Shown: positions 33,068 to 43,244, numbered from the stretch's first letter. The stretch is DNA of 64,000 bases from an uncultured euryarchaeote (GCA_964001175.1 CAXFAS010000003.1:46335-110334), one strand, 5' to 3'. Numbers and translations are program-made. Notes: generated from the sequence alone by a model not told the origin.

Positions 33068-34033
33068 ATGACCCGGATGTCAGAACTCCTAAAGAGGCTG
33101 GTTGAAGGTGGTATCGAAGTAACTAATGATATCAAGAAAGTAATGATTGAAACAGATATTGAATTGTTTTCTGATTATGACTGCGAACCTTTTTATTCAG
33201 ATAGACCTATTCCATTTACAGAAACTGAACTTGGAGAAGTTAAGACAATTTCAGCGCCTCACATGATTGTTACTTTGCTTCATTACATGGAATTATTGGA
33301 AGGTCAAGAAGTAATTATTGTTGGTTCTAAAGGAGGCTATTTAGCAGCATTAGTTGCACAATTGATAGGGGAAAAAGGGATTGTTAGAGTTCTAGATACC
33401 TGCTCAAATGTTATTTCACATTCTAAGCAGAGACTTACCCATTGGCCAACAATTGAATTTAGAGAATTAGAATCAATAGAAGTATCGCCAGTTGCATTCC
33501 CTGGAGAATTTGATAGAGTATTGATAACTGGCAATATAGAAGAATTACCAGATTGGATAACTGCAAGGATTAGTGATGCTGGATTTGTTATTGCTCCACT
33601 TGGTCCAAGTAGTAATCAACATTTGATGAAAATAGAAAAACAGGGAGATCATCTATTGCCAACTAATCTAGGACCTGTTTGTTTCGGATCATTGGAAAGT
33701 GAAAAAAATGAAGACCAATATATTAGTCCAATTGAACTTGCTGAACTATTAGAACTTGTGATTCAAACATGTCAAGAATTAGAAATTATAGAAGAAGATG
33801 AGATTAATCAATTGCAAGATATTATTGCTGAACTGTATTTTTTACCTGATGACTTACCTCCTGTTGGCGAAGGAGGAATTCCGATATCTAGCCATCCTAT
33901 GTTCAAATCATTAATAGAAAAGTCTGATTCTTTTATTCGATTTTGGCCAATATTACAAGTTATATTACACCCAATAATCAGACAAATTGGATTTGAGAAT
34001 TGGATTTTTGATGATTTCGAGAGCCTAGAATAA
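33068..34033 (+). CDS. pcm: Protein-L-isoaspartate O-methyltransferase-like protein with C-terminal extension
   Basis: PIMT-like core (ISAPHMIVTLLHYMELLEGQEVIIVGSKGGYLAALVAQLIG) followed by about 100 extra C-terminal residues. Confidence 0.55.
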   Translation: MTRMSELLKRLVEGGIEVTNDIKKVMIETDIELFSDYDCEPFYSDRPIPFTETELGEVKTISAPHMIVTLLHYMELLEGQEVIIVGSKGGYLAALVAQLIGEKGIVRVLDTCSNVISHSKQRLTHWPTIEFRELESIEVSPVAFPGEFDRVLITGNIEELPDWITARISDAGFVIAPLGPSSNQHLMKIEKQGDHLLPTNLGPVCFGSLESEKNEDQYISPIELAELLELVIQTCQELEIIEEDEINQLQDIIAELYFLPDDLPPVGEGGIPISSHPMFKSLIEKSDSFIRFWPILQVILHPIIRQIGFENWIFDDFESLE

Positions 34034-34049
34034 CTCTTGAGGTGAAATA

Positions 34050-35036
34050 ATGGTCAAGACTTCAAATCCATTCGCTTCTCAATTAAATCACAAAGATGTA
34101 AGTATTAGGAGAAAAGCAGTACGCACTTTATTTGAGATGGATGACCCTCAAAACTTAGAGGCATTTCATTCATTGCTCAATGATAAAGACTCATGGTTTA
34201 GGTCTAAAGCACTTGAAGCTCATAGAATGTGGGCTAGTAAAATTGGAATTACTTCATTAGAATTTTTAGCAAGTCACAGAAGTATTGATGCTAAAAGATG
34301 TGCTGCAAACCTACTCGAGGAATTTGATGAGGATACTAGTGAAATTGCTAAAATATTATTGAAAAATGATGATATGATCTGTCAAATAAAAGCTAGTAAA
34401 GCATTGGTTAAATACGATATTGATGGGACATATACGAGAAAGTTTTTATCTTCAGAAAATGAAAAGATTGTATCTATTGCATTATCCAGTGAAAAAATTT
34501 CCAAGGAACAATTGATTGAAATTCTTCAAGGAAAATCAATTTCTGTAAAGAATGTAGCATTGAAAAAATTATACAATTATGATTATAGCATAGATGATGA
34601 TATTTTGCTAAAATTAATTGAACAAGGAGTCGAAGAAAAAGAAATAATCCCTTTTGCAATTAATAATTCAAGTGAATGCCTGATAAAATTAGCACTAGGA
34701 AACGACTCAAAAGTAATTAAAAAATTAGTATTAGATTTGAAAAGCAGATTTGATTCTACTGAAGAACCTGTAATTCAACTATTAATAGAAAATAATTGTC
34801 ATGTCGTATTAGGTAGATGGTTACAAGGAAGAAAAGATACTCAGAGCGACAAACTAAGATGGGAAATTATTGAAAATGAAGAAGTAGATGAAATAGAGAG
34901 ATCTAGATTACTTGAGCGACTATTAGGACGAACCAATGAACAAGAAATAAAGATAAAAGCGGAAGAACTATTAAAATCAACAAATAGTGAATTATTGAAG
35001 ATTATAGCACATAACCTTTCAACTGCCGGTGATTAA
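34050..35036 (+). CDS. HEAT-repeat protein
   Basis: Repeated PBS-lyase/HEAT-like units (VSIRRKAVRTLFEMDDPQNLEAF...DKDSWFRSKALEA). Confidence 0.5.
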   Translation: MVKTSNPFASQLNHKDVSIRRKAVRTLFEMDDPQNLEAFHSLLNDKDSWFRSKALEAHRMWASKIGITSLEFLASHRSIDAKRCAANLLEEFDEDTSEIAKILLKNDDMICQIKASKALVKYDIDGTYTRKFLSSENEKIVSIALSSEKISKEQLIEILQGKSISVKNVALKKLYNYDYSIDDDILLKLIEQGVEEKEIIPFAINNSSECLIKLALGNDSKVIKKLVLDLKSRFDSTEEPVIQLLIENNCHVVLGRWLQGRKDTQSDKLRWEIIENEEVDEIERSRLLERLLGRTNEQEIKIKAEELLKSTNSELLKIIAHNLSTAGD

Positions 35037-35044
35037 AGCGTATT

Positions 35045-36898
35045 ATGCGAGAGGGTTATTCGGGAATAAGCTTTCTTTTCGACGCGACTGAGGGAGAGAG
35101 TAAACACTTACATGTTGGGCTAGAAATAGAGGGCCCATTTACTAAATCAAATTTAGTTCTTAGTTTTCCTAGATGGGTACCTGGGTCTTATTTTCTAAGA
35201 GAGCCAATACAATATATGTTTGATTTTGAGGCACGAAATGATAAAGATCAAATTCTAAAATCTGAAAGAAAAAATGTAGATTCAATGAAGATTGTATTAA
35301 CTGAGAATACTAGTTCTGTATCAATAAAGTACAAGATTATTGCAAGAGAGTTATCTTGTCGCTCAACACATCTAGATAATTCTCACGTCCATATGATGCC
35401 ACCGTTTACTTGGTTTCTCCCAACATCTGGAATTGACTCGAATAGGATGGATATGATTCATCAGATAAAGTCACATTTACCTGAAGAATGGATTCCAGCA
35501 ACTCAGTATCTTCAAGTATCTAAAAGCAAATGTAAAGGAGCACTTACTAATAACACTGGGAATACATTCCTATTTGAATCTCCAAATAGAGATGAATTAT
35601 TAGATGGGATTATTGAAGCAAATTCAAACCCAAATATCACTTGGGTTGTTGAAGGTAGAACTCATCACCTAAAAATTTGGGATAGTGGAGGATTTGTTCC
35701 TAACTCAGATATGCTGGATAGATTCAAGCTTGATATGAATAAAATTATTCGAGAACATCATGCCCTATTTGGAATTCCTTCATGGGATAACTATGTCACT
35801 GTGCTGCATTTTACTGAAAAATCTAGGGGTGGTTTAGAACACTTAAATTCACAAACCTCTATGTTACCTAGACAGTGTTTGATGCCTGGTTTTATTGATG
35901 AATACAGAGATTTAGTCAGTTTATTCAGTCATGAATATCTACACCAATGGAACGTTAAAAGGCTTAGACCGAGAAATTTCATTAATTACGACTTGCAAAA
36001 AGAAGTTCATTCTGACCTATTGTGGTGGTTCGAAGGTACTACTTCTTGGCTAGGAGATGTTCTTTGCGTTAGGTCCGGAGCTTGGAGTGAGGAAGATTGG
36101 AGAAAAGATTTCCTCCGTAAAATGAAGAGACATACTTTGAGACATGGAATGGAAAAAGAGTCTTTAGCAGAATCGAGTCATGATGCCTGGATTCACCTTT
36201 ATAGAAGCCATTCCTTTTCTAGAGAAACTCAAATTTCATATTACTTAGAAGGTGAGTTGGCAATATTCTGTCTAGATGTAGAACTTAGAAAGCGCTCTAA
36301 CGGAGAATCTGGGGTTTGTGAATTGATGTCTCTTTTATGTAAAAAGTATGCAATTGAATATCCTAATGTCGAAAAATTAGGTGTCAATTATAATGATATC
36401 AGATCTACTCTTACCTCTATGAAAGGTGGACTAAGACTAGGTAAATTACTAGATTCGCTAGTTTTTGAGAGGAAGGCTCCTGATGTGAAAAAGGCTTTAC
36501 AATTCTTTTCTCTAGATTTGGTTACTGAAAAGGCAGTCAAAGATGATGAGGAATTAGAAGGTTGGTTAGGTTTACAACTTCGTCAATCAAATAAACAAAT
36601 TTTAGTTAGTTCACATCAACAAGATTCACCTGTAAGAAATATCATAATGCCTGGAGATGAGATTTTAGCCTTGGATGGATTTAGAATGACTGATATCGGA
36701 ACCTTGAACAAATTCTTGAAAGGAATGGCTAATAAGGACACTGAGATAACTTATACCCATGAAGGGATTATCAAGAAATGTACGTTAGTACTTCCAACCT
36801 CACCACAACGACTAGTAAAACTTGAAGGAAAAGGAAATAAAAAATGGTCTAGATATATTAACTCAAGGCAAACTACTTCAAATTCTCCAGAGGAATAA
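35045..36898 (+). CDS. M61-family (glycyl-aminopeptidase-like) metallopeptidase with C-terminal PDZ domain
   Basis: HEYLHQWN (HExxHxW) zinc motif and a C-terminal PDZ-like segment (GLQLRQS...IMPGDEILALDG). Confidence 0.6.
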   Translation: MREGYSGISFLFDATEGESKHLHVGLEIEGPFTKSNLVLSFPRWVPGSYFLREPIQYMFDFEARNDKDQILKSERKNVDSMKIVLTENTSSVSIKYKIIARELSCRSTHLDNSHVHMMPPFTWFLPTSGIDSNRMDMIHQIKSHLPEEWIPATQYLQVSKSKCKGALTNNTGNTFLFESPNRDELLDGIIEANSNPNITWVVEGRTHHLKIWDSGGFVPNSDMLDRFKLDMNKIIREHHALFGIPSWDNYVTVLHFTEKSRGGLEHLNSQTSMLPRQCLMPGFIDEYRDLVSLFSHEYLHQWNVKRLRPRNFINYDLQKEVHSDLLWWFEGTTSWLGDVLCVRSGAWSEEDWRKDFLRKMKRHTLRHGMEKESLAESSHDAWIHLYRSHSFSRETQISYYLEGELAIFCLDVELRKRSNGESGVCELMSLLCKKYAIEYPNVEKLGVNYNDIRSTLTSMKGGLRLGKLLDSLVFERKAPDVKKALQFFSLDLVTEKAVKDDEELEGWLGLQLRQSNKQILVSSHQQDSPVRNIIMPGDEILALDGFRMTDIGTLNKFLKGMANKDTEITYTHEGIIKKCTLVLPTSPQRLVKLEGKGNKKWSRYINSRQTTSNSPEE

Positions 36899-37322
36899 AT
36901 ATTGGCGGCACATCATAAGAAAAAATATGTCTGCTAGTTTTAGGAGGATATAAGTCGCCAGATAGACACATTTCTATTACCTCATCCTTAGAAATGGAAT
37001 CTAGGTTAGAATTAGGCCATATTTCGACAATTATGTTTTCATCGCTAAGGTAATCTACGCAAATTGCAGGAACTAAATTTAAGCTCATTAAATTTGCAAC
37101 CGAAAAACGGTGATGTCCATCTAGTAATGAACCTGTATTCTTATCTACAATCAAAGGCTTAGTAAAGCCGCCCCACTTTTGTGTCATCTGCAGTAACTTA
37201 TCTCTAGCTTTTTCTTTAATTTCTTCATGTGGCTTTAACCATTCAAGTGGGACCAAAGAAACCGAATCATCACTCCACATAATTAAATCGAAGATGGTTT
37301 GAAGGATAATGCTTTGGTGCAA
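36873..37322 (-). CDS. ParB/sulfiredoxin-like nuclease-domain protein (stand-alone)
   Basis: WLKPHEE...LLDGHHR is the ParB-N/Srx motif pair. Its 3' end overlaps the convergent M61 gene by 26 nt. Confidence 0.55.
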   Translation of the reverse strand: MHQSIILQTIFDLIMWSDDSVSLVPLEWLKPHEEIKEKARDKLLQMTQKWGGFTKPLIVDKNTGSLLDGHHRFSVANLMSLNLVPAICVDYLSDENIIVEIWPNSNLDSISKDEVIEMCLSGDLYPPKTSRHIFSYDVPPIFIPLENLK

Positions 37323-37351
37323 TTGATTATAGGGAGAATGGGGGAGATAGT

Positions 37352-38707
37352 TTGAGGCGACTGATAAACGGCCTGGAAGCTGATTTAGTTGGCATTACAT
37401 GTCCTCCAAAAACTAGAAACTTTATCCAACATTTACCAGATGATTTAATTGAAATTCTGAACAAAATAGCAACAAATAGTGGTGGTGTTTGGATTGTTGG
37501 AGGAGCTGTAAGAGATTGGTTAATAGGACATAAACCTGAAGATTTTGATTTAGCAGTAAATTTTACTCCAGAAAAGATGCTGGAAATATTTCCTGATGCG
37601 ATCCTAACCGGAGAGGATTTTGGGACCTTATCGCTAAGAGGGGAAAATTGCTTGTATCAAGCAACTACGCTTAGAAGCGATGGAAAATATTTCGATGGTA
37701 GAAGGCCTGAAAATGTAATTTGGGGAGATTCCTTGAAAAAAGATTTGGAAAGAAGAGACTTTACTATTAATGCAATGGCAATTGATGTTGCCAGAGAGTT
37801 ACTATATGACCCTCATAATGGAAGAAATGATATTTCTAGAGGAATTATTAGAGCGGTCGGAAATGCACACCAAAGGCTATCTGAAGATGGATTAAGAATC
37901 ATGAGAGCATATAGATTTGCAGACAGGAGAGACAAAGGTGTTTGGGAACTAGAAAATAGTCTAGAAATCTCTATATCTCAACAAAAGCACATGCTAGATA
38001 ATATCTCAAGAGAACGAATATTTATTGAATGGAAGAAGATTCTTTCCGGACAAAATTCCAGCAATATAATTCGAAAAATGGGACTTATGGGGGTATTAGA
38101 CAGATTTTTAATTGGTAAATGGGATGAGAAATTTAACATCTTTGAAGCATTAAAAAACGACCTTTCAATTTTTTCTGGTTTAGAAAAATTTGCTCTTATG
38201 TTAAGTGAAAATACTAGTGAAGAAGTGACAATGATTTGTAAAGAATTAAAAATGTCAAAAATTGAAAGAAATCATATTATTTCAATTCATAAAAGATTTG
38301 GACATATACCAGAAATGAGTAAACAATCAATAAGGAAATTTCGATATATTTTGCAAGATTTTACAATTAAGCATCTAAAATTAGAGAAAATAATTATCAA
38401 TTCTAATATTTCTATTGGTGGACTAAGTGCGCCAACTCATGATACTATGATGGTTGAGGAAATTATTGATTCTCTTCAAATTATTGAAAAACAAAAAACT
38501 CAATCTGAACCACTTGCAGATGGAAATTGGATTATGATTCAAACCGGCTTGCAGAAAGGTGAGAAGCTCGGTAGATTGAAGGCTTGGCTGCATTCAATTC
38601 AAATCGAAAGAGATTTAGTAAGTTTATCTCAAATTGAAAAGGTTCTTTCTACGCTTTCATGGAATAATACCGATTACAAAAACTGGCCGGAGTTGAAATT
38701 CCCATAG
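37352..38707 (+). CDS. Class II nucleotidyltransferase (bacterial-type CCA-adding enzyme / poly(A) polymerase family)
   Basis: Head-domain motifs (VWIVGGAVRDWLIGHKPEDFDLAV...RDFTINAMA...RAYRF). No HD-domain motif seen. Confidence 0.65.
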   Translation: MRRLINGLEADLVGITCPPKTRNFIQHLPDDLIEILNKIATNSGGVWIVGGAVRDWLIGHKPEDFDLAVNFTPEKMLEIFPDAILTGEDFGTLSLRGENCLYQATTLRSDGKYFDGRRPENVIWGDSLKKDLERRDFTINAMAIDVARELLYDPHNGRNDISRGIIRAVGNAHQRLSEDGLRIMRAYRFADRRDKGVWELENSLEISISQQKHMLDNISRERIFIEWKKILSGQNSSNIIRKMGLMGVLDRFLIGKWDEKFNIFEALKNDLSIFSGLEKFALMLSENTSEEVTMICKELKMSKIERNHIISIHKRFGHIPEMSKQSIRKFRYILQDFTIKHLKLEKIIINSNISIGGLSAPTHDTMMVEEIIDSLQIIEKQKTQSEPLADGNWIMIQTGLQKGEKLGRLKAWLHSIQIERDLVSLSQIEKVLSTLSWNNTDYKNWPELKFP

Positions 38708-38757
38708 TTGCAGTAATTTGAATAGTTAGAGGCTTTACCATTATGTGAGGGGCGTAA

Positions 38758-39846
38758 ATGATAATTGAACAGTTAGAAAATAAAATCTCATCTGGAGCGG
38801 GTTTGAATTCATTGACTGACAATGAATTATCACAATTAGCAATACACTTTGTAGGAGATGCTCCTCCATCTCATGTCCCTAGAGAAACCATAATCAGTAT
38901 TTTATCAGAACAAGATAGTGTCAAAAAATGGCAGCAAGGTGTAATTGAAAAGGCTAGATTACTAGCAAGTAGTAAAATTTCAGAAACTGTTGAAAATGTT
39001 CAATCTAAGATTGAGGAAAATGATGATAACCCAATGGTTGCTGTGATAAAGGATAAGTTTGGAAAATGGCTTGTTGATTCAGGATATACTGTATCTGAAT
39101 TGACTGTAAAGTTAGATAAAAATGTCGATGGAACAATTACCATGGAGGAAATTTCTGAATTCATTTTTGATTTGACTGGTACTCAGCCTCCTAGTTGGGT
39201 TTTATCTCATGTTCATAGTGTATTGGATAGAAACTCAGATGGGATAATTGAAGTTTCTGAGTTATGGTCTTATCTTGAAGAGATCGGATTTGAAATTCCT
39301 GAAATCGAAGATCCTGTAATCGAAGAATCAAAAGATAATATTTCTGAAGTTGAAACGTTGATATCAGATGAAGAATTTGAGAGAGAACTTGAAGAAATAG
39401 AATCTCATGTAGAAAATGAAGTTGAACAAATTGTTGTAGAAACTGAATCGAAAATTGAACACGATGAGATTGAACAAGAAGTAATTGAAGAAGTAAACAA
39501 AATATCAACTAATATCGAGAAAACTATTGAACTTTTAGAAAATTCAAAGCTTCATAGTGAAGCATTATCTATAATCTCAAACTCCTTAGAAGGAAGTTGT
39601 AATCTACAGATTGAAAGGATAGAGAATAATCTAATGGTTTCAGATAGTTATCGTGGTGGAAAAACGTTAGTTGGTTTATTAGATGGCGGACCTTACAGTG
39701 TTGCAGTATTATTTGAACCTGAATTTAATGAACTAATTGATCAAAAAGTAACTAAAACAAAAATTGTCTCATTTGATGCTAGATTATTTGAGTGGTCTAG
39801 TGGACTTAGACAAGCTAAACTCAAGGGTAAATCACTGATAATTTAA
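38758..39846 (+). CDS. Acidic protein with two canonical EF-hand Ca2+-binding loops
   Basis: DKNVDGTITMEE and DRNSDGIIEVSE both fit the 12-residue EF-loop consensus (D-x-N-x-D-G-x-I-x-x-x-E). A long Glu/Ile-rich coiled-coil-like region follows. Confidence 0.5.
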   Translation: MIIEQLENKISSGAGLNSLTDNELSQLAIHFVGDAPPSHVPRETIISILSEQDSVKKWQQGVIEKARLLASSKISETVENVQSKIEENDDNPMVAVIKDKFGKWLVDSGYTVSELTVKLDKNVDGTITMEEISEFIFDLTGTQPPSWVLSHVHSVLDRNSDGIIEVSELWSYLEEIGFEIPEIEDPVIEESKDNISEVETLISDEEFERELEEIESHVENEVEQIVVETESKIEHDEIEQEVIEEVNKISTNIEKTIELLENSKLHSEALSIISNSLEGSCNLQIERIENNLMVSDSYRGGKTLVGLLDGGPYSVAVLFEPEFNELIDQKVTKTKIVSFDARLFEWSSGLRQAKLKGKSLII

Positions 39847-39848
39847 AA

Positions 39849-41039
39849 TTAAACAAGTGAACGAGAAATAACAATTCTTTGTACTTCTTGAGTCCCTTCA
39901 TAAATTTGGGTGATCTTAGCATCTCTGAAGAATCTCTCAACTGGGAATTCTTTGGTATAGCCATATCCGCCCAAAACTTGTATGGCTTTTTCAGAAACCC
40001 ACATTGCGGTATCGCCAGCGAATAATTTTGCCATACTTGCTTCTTTGGTGTGTCTTGGTCCGCCGTGTTCATAGTGCTCTTGTTTTGCCCAAGAGGCTTT
40101 GTAGACCAGTAAACGTGCAGCGTCTATCTTGGTAGCCATATCAGAAAGATAAGCCATAATCATTTGATGATATGCAATTGGTTTTCCAAATGCTTCTCTT
40201 TCATGTGAATATTTTAGAGCGGATTCATACGCGCCTTGAGCAATTCCTAAGGCTTGTGCTGCAATCCCAATACGACTATTATCTAAGGCATTCATAGCAA
40301 TCGGGAATCCTTTTCCGACGCCTTTCAAGACATTCTCAACAGGGACTTTACAATCTTCTAAAATTAATGTACAGGTATCTGAAGACCTGATTCCGAGTTT
40401 ATCTTCTTTCTTTCCTACCTTGAAGCCTTCAAAACTAGAATCTACGATGAAAGCAGTAGTTCCACCATGTTTCTTTACACCATAGTCTGGATGGTCGACA
40501 TCTTTAGCGAACAGTACGATAATTTTCGCCTGTGCACCGTTTGTTACCCACATTTTCTCACCATTCAAAATATAATTCTTACCATCATCAGATAGTTTTG
40601 CTTTACAAATCATTGCTGCAGCATCTGTACCTGCTCCTGCTTCTGAAAGAGAATATGCACCTACTTCACCTGCAGCCAATCTAGTCAGATATTTCTGTTT
40701 CTGTTCTTCATTTCCGTGTAAGGAAATTGTCTTAGAACAAAGGCCAACGTGAACACAGAACATGACTCCAAAAGAGGGATCTACTCTAGAAAGTTCTTCG
40801 ACAATTATTGATTCTGAAATATCATCAACTGGAGATCCGCCATATTCTTCTGGAATTGTAACTCCTTGAAGACCATATTCAAGAAAAGATTCCCATTCCT
40901 CCGAAGGAGGTGTTTGAGTCTTATCTCTATGTTCTACTGTGGGTGCAAGTACAGTCTCAGCAAAGTCTCGAACCATTTCCCGAATCATTTGCTGTTCATC
41001 GTTTTCTGCAAAATTCATGTTTCTCCCTATACACCCCAA
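39849..41039 (-). CDS. Acyl-CoA dehydrogenase
   Basis: ACAD motifs throughout (GAYSLSEAGAGTDAAAM, YEGTQEVQRIVISR). A likely alternative start is MNFAEND at 41018. Confidence 0.8.
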   Translation of the reverse strand: MGCIGRNMNFAENDEQQMIREMVRDFAETVLAPTVEHRDKTQTPPSEEWESFLEYGLQGVTIPEEYGGSPVDDISESIIVEELSRVDPSFGVMFCVHVGLCSKTISLHGNEEQKQKYLTRLAAGEVGAYSLSEAGAGTDAAAMICKAKLSDDGKNYILNGEKMWVTNGAQAKIIVLFAKDVDHPDYGVKKHGGTTAFIVDSSFEGFKVGKKEDKLGIRSSDTCTLILEDCKVPVENVLKGVGKGFPIAMNALDNSRIGIAAQALGIAQGAYESALKYSHEREAFGKPIAYHQMIMAYLSDMATKIDAARLLVYKASWAKQEHYEHGGPRHTKEASMAKLFAGDTAMWVSEKAIQVLGGYGYTKEFPVERFFRDAKITQIYEGTQEVQRIVISRSLV

Positions 41040-41138
41040 AAGGCCGTGTTTCTTAACCCGTTTGTATAAAGTTGAATTTCTGATTTTCCCAAACTATTCA
41101 AATACAATGCCTTTGAGGCGCGTTTAGGAGGAAATGTT

Positions 41139-41540
41139 ATGGAAGATGAAACCCTACAATTTAAGGTTGCACACAATAGGAAATATTCTACTTCTCATTT
41201 GTGGTACCAAGAAAAAGATGACAAACTAATGATTGGAGTTAGCGAATTTTTGAAATTTGAAATTGGCGAAGTTCTAAGAATTATTTTGCCCCAAGCAGAA
41301 ACAGAGGTCGATGAAGGAGATGGAATGTTTTCAATTTGGACTGCCGAAGAAAAACTACCATTTGCCGCTCCTTTCTCCGGACTGATAACTGAAGTTAACG
41401 GAGAAGTTGAGTACAGCCCTCACCTAGCAAATGAATCACCATATGATCTCGGCTGGATTATCATTCTTGAACCTCATAACCTAGATCTTGAATTACTCTT
41501 AGATCCAGATGAATATGTTGATTATTTAGCAGATCTATGA
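41139..41540 (+). CDS. gcvH: Glycine-cleavage H-protein-like (lipoyl-domain) protein
   Basis: Aligns over its length with GcvH (KYSTSHLWYQ..., AEEKLPFAAPFSG..., ESPYDLGWI). The putative lipoyl lysine sits in AEEK. Confidence 0.55.
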   Translation: MEDETLQFKVAHNRKYSTSHLWYQEKDDKLMIGVSEFLKFEIGEVLRIILPQAETEVDEGDGMFSIWTAEEKLPFAAPFSGLITEVNGEVEYSPHLANESPYDLGWIIILEPHNLDLELLLDPDEYVDYLADL

Positions 41541-42122
41541 GTGGTGCCAAGTATGAATGCGATGGACCTCTTAAGAGAAAGTCTCGCAAATGCTCCAGTA
41601 ATTTGGAAAGGTGACTATCCTTATTTTATTCACCCAATTACTGATGGTGTGCCCCGATTAGATGCTAATGTTCTATCTGCAGTATCTGAATTATCAATTG
41701 AATCAATCGATTGGAAAGATATTGATTTAATTCTAGGAATTGAAGCGATGGGACTACCATTAACTTCTCCAATTAGCGTTCAGACTGGAATTCCTTTAGT
41801 TATTGCTAGAAAAAGAAAATATGACCTGGATGGTGAAGTTACTATCGACCAAAGTACAGGTTATTCAAAGGGTGCAATGTATCTAAATGATATCAATCCC
41901 GGTGAGAAAATAGCTATTATTGATGATGTACTATCCACTGGTGGCACACTCAAAGCAGTAATTGAAGGAGTTAAAAAGGCTGGAGCTGAAGTAAAGCATA
42001 TTCTAGTTGTTGTAGAGAAAGGCCCTGGTTTAGAGAAGTTAAAAATTGACTATCCAGCCATTAAAATTGAATCTCTAGTTAAACTTGAAATGGATGGAGA
42101 AAAAATAGTTTTACTAAACTAA
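41541..42122 (+). CDS. Purine phosphoribosyltransferase-family protein (archaeal Hpt/Apt-like)
   Basis: PRPP-binding motif IAIIDDVLSTGGTL with a type I PRTase fold. Confidence 0.6.
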   Translation: MVPSMNAMDLLRESLANAPVIWKGDYPYFIHPITDGVPRLDANVLSAVSELSIESIDWKDIDLILGIEAMGLPLTSPISVQTGIPLVIARKRKYDLDGEVTIDQSTGYSKGAMYLNDINPGEKIAIIDDVLSTGGTLKAVIEGVKKAGAEVKHILVVVEKGPGLEKLKIDYPAIKIESLVKLEMDGEKIVLLN

Positions 42123-42134
42123 GTTGGTGATATT

Positions 42135-43244
42135 ATGGATTTAGACCGTCACGATTTTGAATTAGATGATTTAGTCAAAAGAATCAGAGAAAATGATAAT
42201 CGACTAATTGCCTTACAAGTTCCTGAAGGATTGAAAATGCAAGCCTTGGAAATGATGGATGAAATAGAAACTGAAACAAGTGCTAAAGTTGTTTTAGCAG
42301 CTGACCCATGTTATGGCGCCTGTGATTTAGTGCATGATAAGATGAGTATGATGGGAGTGGAATTAGTAGCTCACATGGGGCACTCACAAATGAATATCGA
42401 TTCAGGTATGCCAACACAATTCATAGATGTAACATATGATGGTGATCCTGAGATTTCACCAGTAATTCCTTACTTAGAGGCGCATAGGAAAATGGCATTG
42501 GTTAGGAAAAGTGGACAAAATACTGAACAGGAATTATCTGATGATAAAGCAAAAGAAAAATTCCTAGACGCTGTTGGACGACTTTCCCCCCTAACTGATA
42601 CAAAACTTGGACTTGTTGGTTCTATTCAACACCTTCACTTGCTACCTGAATTTCATGACCGTCTTGAGAAAGCCGGCTTTGATGTCACAATTCCAATCGG
42701 AGGTGCAAGGCTATCATTCCCTGGACAAGTATTGGGTTGTAATTACTCCGGAGATGACCCTTCTATAGGTCATTATCTGTTTTTGGGGTCTGGAGATTTT
42801 CATCCAATCGGTTTAGTCCTTCACACTGGTAAACCTCTAGCAATGTTGGACCCTTATACTGGTGATGCTGAAGAGATGTCTTTAGAAAGAATTGAGAGGA
42901 TTCTTAGGCAAAGATTTGGACTGATTATGTCATGTGGAGATGCTAAATCATTTGGTATTCTTATTGGTGAAAAACCAGGACAAATGCGTAGAAGTCTTGC
43001 TTTAAAAATGAAAAGAACTCTAGAAAAGCATGGCAAAAAAGGATATTTATTGGCCTTAGAACATGTTGGACCAGATTTAATAGACTTCTATCCAGTTGAT
43101 GCTTTTGTAAATACTGCATGCCCAAGAATTGCAATAGATGATGCTGTTAGATATAGAAAACCATTGATCACACCCTTCGAATTAGAAGTTGCTTTGGGTG
43201 AAAAGAAATGGGAAACTGGATATATGTTTGATGAAATCCCTTAG
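42135..43244 (+). CDS. dph2: Diphthamide synthase subunit Dph2 (2-(3-amino-3-carboxypropyl)histidine synthase)
   Basis: IALQVPEGLKMQALEM...AADPCYGACD with three conserved Cys regions typical of archaeal Dph2. Confidence 0.7.
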   Translation: MDLDRHDFELDDLVKRIRENDNRLIALQVPEGLKMQALEMMDEIETETSAKVVLAADPCYGACDLVHDKMSMMGVELVAHMGHSQMNIDSGMPTQFIDVTYDGDPEISPVIPYLEAHRKMALVRKSGQNTEQELSDDKAKEKFLDAVGRLSPLTDTKLGLVGSIQHLHLLPEFHDRLEKAGFDVTIPIGGARLSFPGQVLGCNYSGDDPSIGHYLFLGSGDFHPIGLVLHTGKPLAMLDPYTGDAEEMSLERIERILRQRFGLIMSCGDAKSFGILIGEKPGQMRRSLALKMKRTLEKHGKKGYLLALEHVGPDLIDFYPVDAFVNTACPRIAIDDAVRYRKPLITPFELEVALGEKKWETGYMFDEIP

